From Paraspadella gotoi (taxonomy: Eukaryota > Animalia > Chaetognatha): a stretch of 64,000 nucleotides of DNA. Within the stretch, counting starts at the first letter, position 1; each line of letters opens with the position of its first letter. The notes under the pieces were generated by a model. It was not told where the DNA came from, ran no database searches, and saw only the letters and a program-made list of their open reading frames with translations. The position numbers were made by a program, and so were the translations under genes. The stretch lies in the NCBI GenBank assembly GCA_051294375.1, contig CM119268.1, forward strand, positions 14,023,037 through 14,087,036, given 5' to 3'. Below are positions 28,619 to 42,200 of the stretch, piece by piece.

Positions 28619-30244
28619 TTTTGGGCGTTAAGCTCAGCAGAGGCTTAAAGTTCACGAAACTACGGGAAACAAAGAAAGAATAAAAACGAGTATTTTTGTT
28701 TTTTAATCAACGTCTTTCAACTGAGTAAAGCACAATTATTGACAATAATAATGATTCGCATGAATGGGCGGAAGGGCGGTAACGGGGCAAAATGGAGGGA
28801 GAAATACAAAACAAACTTTCTTTGAGAGTGTGTGTGTGTGTGATCCCTTAAATGGAAGGATTTAAAATGTACAGGACAATTGGGAAGAGTGAGAGATGCT
28901 CAATCTTTTATGGAAAATGCGAAAATTCCTAAAAACAGAATAAATGAATCAATCAATATATTTAATAGCTAGCTATACCATAGTTGGTCGTACTCCCATA
29001 AATCAAAAGTAAAAAAGCAACCATTCACAATGTCACTTATAAAGAGAGCCTCGAAAAAATTTCAAAATATTCAAACATACGATTAAATAAAAAATAGTAC
29101 AAATCAAAATGTACGTGGGTAGTGGCTAATGGAGTGTTATCCCGTTTTCCTATAAGAACAATTAAAGAAAATTTATAAACATTTTTAAAACCATCTACAA
29201 AAATTTCAGATGATGCCCCCCAAATTTTGTTAGAAATCAGTAAAATGCAAAAATTAATTTAAATGATTATAAAATCTGGAACATTCTAAATGAGACACTT
29301 CCCAGAAAAAAATATAAAAAAATCTTTTTTGATCATGAAAGTGAACTTCAACCAAGTTAAAAAGAACACGTAAAAGAAATTAATTTCATAATATTTTTTA
29401 CTATGAAGTATTGAAACAAATTATTTCAGCTGTTTTATAAAACTGGTGCAAACTTATTTGCAAAGTATGCTTCATGCTAAAATATAAAAAAATCAGTGTA
29501 AAAAGTTCATTGCCAGGAGGAAAAAATTGCATAACTTACTACTAAAACTACAATAAAGCATGCTATGCTGAATAAACTGCGTGTATTAAAAAAATGGCCT
29601 TTATAAAACAAACAAAAGATGGGACTTAACCATTACATTACAAAGTATTTTGAAATGGTGCTATTTGCGAATTTTCCCATACGTTTGATTGTAAATAAGG
29701 CCAATGAAATTCGTACTTATATACACAAGTTAAGAAACAGTTTATCCTTTTCTTTTGTTACTGAGAAAACTTTAAAACAAAATTTATAAGTTTTAAATAT
29801 CGAAACTTCATAATACATAATTTCACATTATTCTACGTATAATTTTGTTTCAAAATCAAAGGGAGGGTCCTTTACATTATAGCAATAATTGAAATAGCTA
29901 GCTATTAACATAGCTTATTAGATGTCGACACAAATTTCTGAGCACAAATCATAACATGTTTGAAACAAATAGTTCCTATAACACCTAAATAAAGCCATTT
30001 CTCAATATGATATAACAAAGCATGAAAACAATATGTGATATGACTAGCATACAACAAAAACTATTTAAAACATTTTATACGAGAATCAAAAATTTTTTTT
30101 TTTCATAATAAGGACTGATTTGGGTTATAGACTTATAGACAAATGAAATTTCCAGCAGTTTCTTGGTGTAACTATTATTTTTCTGTCTTATACAGGTTTA
30201 TCAGAAAAGGTACATTAAAAGCATTAAAGTAGGACTGTTTTTGT

Positions 30245-33200
30245 TCAAACTTGACTAGAAAGACCTAGTGTGGATCCATGGAGCCCTCCATTTTGATCTG
30301 AGTCATAATCACTCAAATTTACTTCAGAATCTTCTATTTCGCACAAACCAGATATATCTGAGCAAGAGGCGTTCGTTGATGTATAACCACCAATTCCAGA
30401 AACGCTCATGGCATCCAACCCAAGAGCAGGATGTCCTACTCCACTATTGACAGCTCCGCTTGCAAAAAGACCTTCCGCTGAAACATCAGGATAGTCTGGG
30501 ACTGGATCTAATGGGCGACTTGAGTCCTGAGGCTGCGGTTGCGCATATAATCTGTAGATAGATGGGTCTATTGGTGCAGTGAAAGAATTTGGAGGCATTT
30601 GAGGCGGCATAAGAGTCGCTGCAGAAGAAACTGGTACATATGGCTCCCCATATGTTGGAGTCATGTCTGGCCAGTTATTTTCCGACTCAGAAGTAGCGAG
30701 TAAACTAAAATGACCAGGAGAAGCATGTGGGATATAATCAGGTCCCTGTTGTGCCATAGACATTGAATATGCTGTTGAATTATAGCCATCAAAGCCAGAG
30801 GATGGAGGTATATGTGGTGGACGTATGCGAGCTCTCACACCATCAGAAGAGAGGCCAGTATCATTTGTATCTGTATCCCCATAGTCCAGAAAATCAGATT
30901 CATCACCCAAGTAATCAGATTCTCCTTCATTTTCACCTAAACAAGTCACTTCAGACACTGAATCAAGCTGAGCAGCAGCTGCTGCGACTGCAGCTGCAGC
31001 ACTTCCCGGAGGAAAGGCGGGTTGAAGACCTCCAGTGCCTATTAAAATGGGCCCTTGAGAACCTGTTACTGATGAAGCAGATGATGGGATTGAGGACGAT
31101 TGTACAGCTGAGTATGCCCCAGGAGGAAAATTATGAGTATATTGAATAGGCAAGGATGTTAAAGTCGTTCCATTTGATAACATGAAAGGTGGTTGGGGTG
31201 AAACGGGTAAGCCCGGATGAATGGAGGATGAAGCAATGGTAGTTAAATTCGAAGTCGATTCCGCATCTGTTGTAACTTCATCTGAACTGCGGATTGAAGA
31301 GCCAGTATCAGAAACTTTGAGATCATCAAGATGTGCGGCTAGTTGTAGGGAAGGTCCTTGCAGATGTGGATGGAGTGGTTCCATTTCAGGATGAGGCTCC
31401 CAATCTGACGTATCCCAATGGTAGTCCTCAGGTACCAAGGCACCTCCAATAGTCGTTGGGCCGCCTCCTAAACCACCAATTGTTCCAACCAAACCTAACT
31501 GTGAAAGGGATTCCTGTTGACTGCCAGTGAGCATATTGAGACCGTCAGGTTGCCCATTAATTAAAGGTTCTGTTTGCTCTTGCATCAAATCAGCCTCTTC
31601 AATTGTTTGTAAAGAGCCCCCATTTGATGTCCATCCAGAAACACTACTCTCTCCAGTAGTAGTTTGGCTACTGTCTGCAGGTAATCCAGAAGCTGCAACA
31701 AGAAGGGCCCGTGGATGTCCCCCAGCTCCAGGGGGTGCAGGGACGCTTCCATCAGTAACTAAGCGTTGAATGCCAGCATACAAGCGTTGAAATGCCGCAG
31801 CACCACCGACACCTATAACAGAACTATCTCCAGTTAAAGAGGATTCTTCTGCCCAAGAGGAAGTCTTTTGCATTGATTCAGTATCACTTCCATTGTTAGC
31901 TGGGAATGTAGAAAGGCCTCCATTTTTGGTCAAATTTTTTAAAAATTCTGGTGAATATATATGAAGATTCTCAAGATCATCTGCGGCACTCCCATAGTTA
32001 TGTACTGTATCAAAATTGTTAAGAGTGTTGACAGAATCATGAGTGGATGGAGTATATGAAGCGGGTCTGGTTGGTATAGGCGGGGGAATAGGATCTCGTG
32101 GTCGAGAAGATTTAAATCCAGCTCCCAGCAAGATTGAAGGATCATTTTCACTTCCAGTCAACATTTCTGGTGGTATACCAGCGGGCGAACAAACGCCTTC
32201 TCTTCCATCATTTTGCTCGTTTATATGTTCATTTACAGCGTTTTCAGCAAATGCAGCTGCCTTTGCACCATCATTAGTTAGAAATCCTGATCCACAACGA
32301 ATAGGTGAACTACCTGGATCAGGAGCTGCAGGATTATAAAGTGATGCACTGCCATCTAAACTCGATAATTTTGCATTAGAGCTGCGTTTAAAGTCTTCCT
32401 TTGAGACAAAAATATCTCCCAAACCATTGGCACCTCCTCTTAAGCCCCCATCGGAGATAGCAACACCTGCCACCTGACTTCCTCTGTGTCCAGAATCATG
32501 CATTCTTCTCCTTCGTCTGCATCTCCGATAAGCTACAAAGAGCAGGACGATGAGAATCAAAGATGCCAAGACACCAAGAATTCCCACTATTTCTTCTAAA
32601 TTTATGTTGATCTTGTTTGAAGTTATTGATGAAAACACAATATCTTGACAAAGAAGCCCTTTAGTGTCAGCTGAACAGTTACAGCGGAAGGAACCTTGAA
32701 GGTTATGACAAGTGGCCCCATTCTGACAGGGGCTTTGAAGGCATTCATTTATATCTCTTTCACAATAGTCACCTTCGAATCCTTTACACATACAAATGGG
32801 CCGGGAAGCCCCTTCTTGGCAAGTACCTCCATGGCGACAAGGATTGGGAGAACAATTGCCGAGTTCACATCTTTGACCATGCCACGGTGGGCGACATATG
32901 CATTGATATTCTCCCAGCCCACCAACATTGTGGCAAACACCATCATGTAAACAAGGTGATGAGGCACATGGGTCGGTGTCTATTTCACATCGGTCTCCTC
33001 GGAAACGAGAATGGCATCTACAAGAAAATCTTCCATCTCCTGCATCAATGCATGTTCCACCATTTAAACAAGGTCGACCACCACATACTCCAGGAGGAAC
33101 AAACTCATCTTTGCATTGAAAGTCAACGTTATAAAGTTGAACTCCGGTAACAATTACATTACTGCCCTCAAGTGGCAATCTTATGCCAGCCAACCGTATA

Positions 33201-36200
33201 CTGTCCATGCATCCTTTGAAACCTTTTCGAATATCGGTAGTCCCAGGATATATTTCAGGAACTTCAGCACCAAAATATATAGTAGAATCGGTTCCAAGAT
33301 TTAACTGTGCAGTTCTTCCAGGGGCAGCATCGGCATCTGCAAATTTACCATCAAGTAAAATTTTTGCAGAATTTCCATCACGTTGGACCTCCACATCATG
33401 CCATGTACCATCGTTTACATATATCTGCTCAACTCGTACTAACCCCTCTCCACTTCCACAATCAAATCTATACTGGACGAGACCATTTTTCACTTCTAAA
33501 ACAGCAAAATCAGTAGAATCTTTCCCTGCTTGATACATTATATTACCAGTTCTTTCTAGTGTTTTAAATCTAAGGCTTAATTCCATTCTTCTTTCTAAAG
33601 ATTCAGCCAGAGAATAAGATATGTATGAAGAACCTTTGAATGAGATGGGTCTTTGTTGAGGAACTGGACGAACACAATTTGGTGAAAACTTTCCAGAAGG
33701 ACAGATTGGGCGTGGATCAATAGGTGCTAAAGAAGAATCATCAACAATTTCTGTGCAAGTTGGGCCTGCACGACCGCGAGGACAAACACATTCATATCCA
33801 CCACTTAGTGTTGATCTACAAAGCTTATAGACAGGGCATGGGGATCGTGAACATTCATTAATAGCTTTGTCACATCTTGGTCCACCAAATCCCTCTTTAC
33901 AGTCACAAACAGTGGACCACTTATGCCTGACTGTAACATATGAAATTTGCTCAGTAGCAATTGTATTTACTTGGGAAGAATCTATGATCAGACGAGAACG
34001 GCACATGCCCTCATGACACATTCCTGGGTGTTGAAAGCAGTTTTCATCAAAAATTTTAACTATTTTGACCTGTAATTTAGATTCCAATGTTGAGACTGAA
34101 TGATTAAGACGTCGACGAAGTGAAGCTGCTCGCATAAAGCCTCCAGTGGGTTTGCGGACGGCGACCATTACATCTAAATTGTCGTTGCTGTCAGTATACA
34201 TAGATCGCTTTTTGATGTCACTGTCGTCTTCATTGTCCCAAATCCCATTCATTTTTTCCTCTTCATCTAAGACATAACCATCATTCCATTGATAGGGCCA
34301 TTTGTTTGGATCTTTCCATGAAAAGTTTTCTTTTTCAAAATTTTCATTTACTTCTTCATCAAATGTTGAATGAAAACTTTTTGTTTCCTGATTATGAGAA
34401 ATAGTACTGCTACTAGTTTTAAAATTGTTTTTCATATCATAAACCGTGTTATTAAATGACATAGATCGCTTTTGTCGCGATATATATGAGGGTTGAATTG
34501 ACAAAATCATTACATCTTGGGGCTGAACTTCAAGTTCTGTTCTTAATGCATTCAAAAAGTTTTGATAGTGAAATATGACAAACTCATCAGGGAGGACATT
34601 CTGAAATTGAATAACAACAGCAGAATCGCGCATTTCGCGGGTAACAAGTGTAACAGTGACGGTGACGGGTGCATATGACGTGAACCGACCATCGGACACA
34701 GAGACATTAACGGTGTACCGACCCACGTCCAAACCAGGCTCGGCCATCACTGTTCCATCCATCGATCTAATGTTAAACAGAGAATCCACATGGTTTTGAT
34801 TGATGAGCCCATAGCTGAGTCTGTCATAAAGGTCGCGGTCAGTGGCTTTGACTCGTCCGATATTGCCACCTGGAAAATCATCCAAAAAGGATGCAATCTG
34901 AACATTTAAAGGGGTGACGGCTGGAGGAAATTTTGATTCTTCTATAACTTTGACATTGACCCATGTATCAGCAAATAAAGGTGGTGTTCCATTGTCAAAG
35001 GCACGAATTCGGAGAGTATAATTCGATTTTAATTTCCGATTAAATGAAGCACGAGTTGAGAGAGTACCAGTTTTGTGATTTATCATAAATTTATTTTCTT
35101 CATCACCAGAAATAATTGCAAAATTAAATGGTTCTCCATTGGGTGGTGAGTCAACGTCAGAAACTTCAAATTCTAAAATGGAATAACCTACTGGTCGATC
35201 TTCCTGCACAACAGCAGTGTAATTAGATGATGAAAATACAGGAGGGTTATCATTTGAATCCGTTACTTCAATAGATATAATAGTTTTGGCAGATAGAGGA
35301 GGTTGCCCATTATCTTTTGCATGGATTTCTAAGATATAAGATGAGGTCTTCTCTCTGTCTAAAGAGGCTGAAAGACTAATTGTACCATCAGTTTTGGATA
35401 TCTTAAATGTATCTATCCCCATTGAACGATCTCTCAAACCACCAGATCCTAAAGCTTTTAATTCATACGATACTGTGCCATACTTTGGACTATCTCCATC
35501 TGTTGCAACAATTTGAATTACTTTCTCTCCAAGTTGAGCATTTTCTCGTACAACTGCTGCATATTCTTTCTGATTAAAAGTTGGGACATTGTCATTTTCA
35601 TCTGTAACATTAATTGCAACAATTACATGAGAAGAGAGTGATGGGCTTCCTCCATCATTTGCTTGTACTTTTAAGAAGTAATCATGGGCCCCCTCATAAT
35701 CAAGAGGTTGGACGATAGAAATAACTCCTGATTTAGAATCAATTCTGAATTTATCATGCTCATTTCCAGCAACAAGTGAATAAGTAATCTCTGCGTTCTG
35801 ACCAGCATCTTTGGATGTGGCTAAAACACGGAGGACAGATGTGCCTACACGAGCTAATTCGGACACTGTTTCTGAATATTGAGTTCTTTCAAATATTGGT
35901 GGATTATCATTAACATCCAATACCAAAACTATGAGATGGGCAGTAGATGACATCATTGGTGTTCCTAAATCCGCAGCTTTAACTGTCAAATTGAAACTTT
36001 GCTGTCTTTCACGGTCCAGTGGTTTAGCAAGAGATACTAATCCTGAGACATCATCTATCCTGAATTGTTTTTTTGCAGAATGTACAAATGAATACCGAAC
36101 CTTCCGATTTATTCCTACATCAGGATCTGTGGCGGAGACCCTTGTTAACAAGGTTTTTACTTGAGCATTTTCTGGAATAGTTACAGTGTACTGCGGTTGA

Positions 36201-39200
36201 TTAAATCGTGGTGGATTATCATTAATATCTGTAACTTTAATGATGACGTCAACCTGACATGCATGGCCTCCTCCATCCTCAACTTTAGCAATTAATAAAT
36301 AAGCATCCTGAGACTCTCTATCCAGTTTTCCAATAGTAGTTAAAAACCCATTATCAGGATTTAAAGAAAACTTTTCAGACCCATCTCCATATAATTTATA
36401 TTTCAAGTGACTATTTAAACCATAATCAGCATCAGAAGCTTCAACTTGTAAAACGGGTCTTCCTAAAGTAATATCTTCAGGAATAGTTTTTGAATATCGC
36501 ATACTTTTGCAAACTGGAGCATTGTCATTTTCATCCAGGACAGAAATTATGACTCTTGCAATTGCAACATGTGCACCGTCTGTTGCAGAAATTTCGAGAT
36601 CATATTCAGAAATTTTTTCTCTATCAAGGCCTTTATTAACCATAATTTCACCAGTTCGTCGTATAACAAAGTGAGAATGGATATCCCCTTTAGTAATATA
36701 ATATGATATTTCTGAATTATCTCCTGTATCAGCATCAGTTGCAAATAAAGAAACGACCACGGTATTCTTTTTTGCAGCTTCAGAAACTTGTCCTTTATAA
36801 ACCGCTTTGGTAAATATGGGAGGAGAATCATTAACATCAGTTATCCTTATCTGAACCATTGTTGTATCAGTCATACGCTCGGGAGACCCTTTATCAGAAG
36901 CTTGTACCTTCAAAAAAAATGAAGACCGATTTTCTCTATCTAAGACTTCCAAAGTGCGAATCCAACCAGTTTTCGAATCTATAGCAAATATGCTTCCACC
37001 ACCAGTTTCGCCCCCAAAGGAATCTCCAATAGCAGAAGATGTTTTTTCAGGTAAATTGTCATCTCCAGAAGACTGTGTATTAAGCGAAAAAGCATAAGAA
37101 ATCTCAGCATTGGACCCTGTGTCTCGATCAGTAGCTTTAACTTGAATAACTTGACTTCCAACTTTGGCATTTTCTGGTAAAGATATAACATAAGGATTTG
37201 CTTCAAAAATAGGTCGCATGTCATTCACATCCATAACTTGTACTATAACTTCAACATATGCAACAAGAGGTGGGGTAGATTGAGTTTCAGCTTTGATATT
37301 AAGAGTATAAACTTCGATTTCCTCTCTATCTAATGGCTCTATTAAAGAGATTTGGCCAATTTGATTTATCGAAAACTTTGCAGGCTCATTAAATTGACGA
37401 TTTTCCCCTGGAACAATACTATATTTAAGATTAGTTTCATTACTAGAAGCAACAACTGTAGTGATAATTGATCCAACTGGTTTATCTTCGGGGATAAAGT
37501 AAGGTGACGGAGTTTTTTCAAAGTTAGGTGCAGAATCATGCTTGCTCATAACAAAAACTTCCACTGGAACATCACCTTCATTAGTGGCTTTGCCAATATT
37601 TGAAGCACGAATAAAAAATTGAAAAACTTCACTTTCATACCTTCTTAGATCTCTCGCAACTCGGACAATACCTGTTGAAGAATCAACTCTAAACATCTGA
37701 AAAGGAGAAACTCGATCTTTGCCATAAAGAGAATAATTAATATTATTATATGCTTCCCCATCTGCATCAACTGCGACAACTTTGACAACATGAGAATCAA
37801 GTGGTGCATCTGGATTGATTTGGGCTTTATATTCCTTCATTTTAAACTGTGGCTTATTATCATTGTCATCAGCAATTTTAATACGTACTGAAGCAAATCC
37901 AGCTCTCCCACCACCATCAATAGCAGCAACAGGCAATTCGTAAACTGAGCGTTTTTCTCTATCTAACACAGCTAAAGAGGTAATCTCACCAGTTTCTGTA
38001 TTTATATCAAACAAATCTGCCACAACTGCAGATTTAAGTGAATAAACTATCATTCCATATTTTCCTCTATCATTATCAGTAGCTTTAACTCGACCTACAA
38101 AGGACCCAGTTGGTTGATTTTCTTTAAAATTCACATCATATACAAGTTTTTCAAATACCGGACTGTGATGATTAGAGCTTCGAATATTTACTTGTAATCT
38201 TACATAATTAGTAAAAACACCATCTGACACGGATACATTTAATATATATCTCCAGCGAGGGTCAACTGCATCTTGCAAATTAGTCACAGTAATTATTCCA
38301 GTTGTTGCATTAACCATGAAACTCTGATTTTCATTACCAGCCACAATAGCATATCTTAGGCTACCCTCTCTTTCATTTCCACTAATACTACCAAAATATG
38401 CGCTCTCATCATCAGCATCCCGGGCAGTTACCATAGTAACTAAATGACCACGCTGAGCTTCATCAGAAACCCAGCATGAATATCCTGAAGGTTTATCAAA
38501 TTGTGGAACGTGATCATTAAGGTCCTGTACATTTATGTTAACTAACGCTGAAGATGATAGTGAGGGTTTACCTTGGTCGGTTGCCATTACTATTAAACGA
38601 TGAATTTTAGCATGCTCATGATTTAACATTCTTTTAGTTCTCAATATGCCTGTCGCTGGTTCAACATGAAAATAATCTGTGGCATTAACAAATGTAGCAT
38701 CAAGCTTAGAAACAAAAATTGCTTGAGAAATATCTCTTCGTACAGATGTTTTTTCAACGTTATCTTCCATAATCACAATACTGTATTGAATCATGGAATT
38801 TACTGAATTCTTAGAATCTTTATCAAGAGCTTTTACTTTAACCACTTCAGTTCCAATAGCCACAGCTTCAGAAATAGAGACAGTATAAACATCTTTTAAA
38901 AAAACAGGTGGGTTATCATTCACATCTTCTAGTTCAATATTTACCATTGCCTCAGTAGAAGTTCCCGTTAAGGAATCAGAAGCACGAACCGTTAATTGAT
39001 AAGCTGGAATACTTTCAAAATCTAAGCTGTTAATAACAGATATAACTCCTGTGTTATAATCAACAGTGAAATCATCGGAAGCATCACCATCAACTATGGA
39101 ATAAATAAGTCTACGCGAAATATCACTTCCAGTTGTGGCAAAGAATCCTGAATTTAAATAGTTAAATCCTCTTGGATACCCTTGGGGTGGCTTCGCCTGA

Positions 39201-42200
39201 ATTGACATGACAGGAGTATAGCGCTGAATGTTTTCAGGGATTGAAACAACAGAATAAAATGGTTGATCAAAGACTGGTTGCGAATCATGTATAACTTTAA
39301 TTGGAACGTTAACACGAGTTGCCATAGTTGGATTTCCATTATCTTCAGCCTCAATAACGAGGTTAAATACTTCATTTTGATCAGAAGGATTTCGTAATGG
39401 TCGTTTAACAAGGAGATCACCAGTTTTATGCATGATACGAAATTTTCCATTTTCACCATCTACAATACGATATCTTAATTTACTATTGTTATCCAGATCA
39501 AAATCAACTGCATCAATTCTTTTTATCAAATGACCCTTACGGGCGTCAATGGGCACTACAGCAAAATAAGGAAGCCCTAAAAATACTGGAGCATTATCAT
39601 TTACATCTTTCACACGAACGTTAACTAGCACATGAGCAATACGTGGAATAGGTTGCCTATGATCACGAGCTTCCACAACAATAGTATAAGAATCCTTAAC
39701 TTCTCTATCTAATGGAATACCTGTAGTTTGAACGACGCCAGATGAGGGTACTATTCGGAAAAGAACTGAGGGATTTAAAATTGAAAATTTAAGGTGTTCA
39801 TTTAATGCACTTCCAACCACTTGAACGGCTGCTACTGTTTCAATTTCAGTAGAGTTTTCAAATACATCTGCATTATAAGATTGTTGAGAAAACTTTAATC
39901 CGGAGTTCATTGATTCAGTCACACGAATTTGAACATCAGCAAAATTAGCAAATTTAGCGTCTGAAACACGAACTCGAAGTTTGTAATAGTTTCCCATAGT
40001 AGTTGGGTCAGGATCTATGACACGTATTTCCCCAAGTTTTTCATCAAGAGAGAATTTTCCATCATCATTTCCCGATATTATTGAATACTGTAAATCCGAG
40101 CCACTGCCACTGTCTTCATCAGAGGCATTTAAATTAACAACCAAAACATCCTTATATGTGGGAAGAAGCAAGGTTACATTAAAATTTTTGGTCGGAAACA
40201 TGGGTGGAGAATCATTAACATCGGTTATATAAATTATAACCCGAGCTGCTGCCTCTGCTGTAAGTCTTGGTCTTCCTAAATCTTGAACCTGGACAACGAA
40301 TTCAAACCAAGAAATTGTCTCATGATCCATATTCCGAATGGTGCGAATTGCACCAGTCGAGGGATCAATAGAAAAATAATCTTGGGCAAAATGGTCAGAA
40401 ATTTCATACAAAAGTAGGGAATTCAAATCAGTATCTTCATCTGTAGCTTCAATGACAAGTGGATGATGACTATTATCTAACACTACAGAACCAACTGAAG
40501 AAGCCTCTGAAACATTACCACGATAGATTCTTTTTACAAACTTTGGCGCATTATCATTTACATCTGTTATGTGGATATGCACAGATGTATTAGAGGAGGT
40601 TGAAACCATGTTAGTCGCTTCTACCGTTAAATTATAAAAATTTTGCTCCTCATAGTCAATGTTACCTTTTGTCGATATCACTCCAGAATTGGGATTAATG
40701 GCGAATACATTTTTTATATTCCCATTGAGGATGCGATAGGTGACAGTTGATTGACTTTTTGCTCCAACAGTTACAACAAAACTACCCTCGAGAAGATTTT
40801 CTAATATCTCAGTAGTATACTCATCATAATCAAAAACAGGAGGAGCATTGTTGGAAACTGTCACCTCGATATGAACATTCACTGAGGAGGCAAGAGCAGG
40901 GCTTCCACCATCAGTAGCTGTTACAACAAGATTGTATCTATTGACTGACTTTCGGTCTAACATCTTAGCCACAGATATTATACCCAGAGAGCGATCTATA
41001 TGAAAGGCACCTCCAATATTACCAGCAGCAATATGATAATTAATAACAGCATTTTGACCCTTATCTCGATCAGTTGCAACGACTTGCACAACATTGGTTT
41101 CAATAGCAGCAGTTTCCAAAACGCGACCTTCAAACAAATCTGATAAAAAAACTGGTTTATGATCGTTATGATCTTGTACATTAACTAATACTCGGGCAAA
41201 ATTTCTTTTTGAGGGCGTTGCTTGATCTTTCACCATAACCGTGAGAACGTGCTGATGTATAGCTTCACGGTCTAAAGGAGCATTTATGAATAAAGTACCT
41301 GAGGAAGAATCAATTCTAAAATATTTTCGTGAAGCAGAATTCATGGCAGAATGTATGGTGTATAAAAGCCGCCTATCCTCATCCTCGTCAGTTGCGGACA
41401 AAGTCATTATGTCAGAATTAGGAGCAATAGATTCAGATATATTTACTATGTATTCTTTTTTAGAAAATCTTGGACGATGTTCATTAATGTCCAAGACAGT
41501 GATGTAGACATGAGTTGAAGCAAAGTTTAACCCATCAGTTACATTAACTGTTAAATTGTAATAGGTTCGTTTTTCCCAATCTAATTGCCCTGCCAACATA
41601 ATATTCCCATTTTCGGTCCCTATAGCAAACTTGTCGCCAATATTTCCATTTTTTCCTAGGGAGTACCACAACTTATCATTATCGTCATCGTCAGCACTAA
41701 CTATGGCTACCATAGAACCAACGGCGTCACTTTCTACAACATTGTATCGATGAGCAGTAGAAATAAAGCGTGGAGGCATTTTTCCCGGTCCGTTTTTTGG
41801 GGTTGCCTCCACAGTGATACGCAGTCTCGTCGTTGCTTTATTTTGCGGTCTTCCATTATCGACGGCCCTGATAGAAAGATCATATTCTTCGCCCTCGGAA
41901 AAATCGCGGTCAGAAGAAATCATTCCAGTTTTTGGATGTATTTTGAACCTTCCATGGCCACGACCGCTTTTGATGGAATAGTCAATGTCGGCATTTGGTC
42001 CAACGTCTTTGTCAAATGCGAAAACGCGATACAAATCTATCTCTCTTCCACTCTTGCCGCCGCTTCCGAAGCCCAAATGCCTTCGTTCCGGGATTCTAAC
42101 TCGATACAAGCGCTCGGTGAACTTGGGAGGATGGTCGTTCACATCATCAACGGCGACAACTACTCGAGCCGTGGAGGATAAAGCTGGCTCTCCGATTGAG

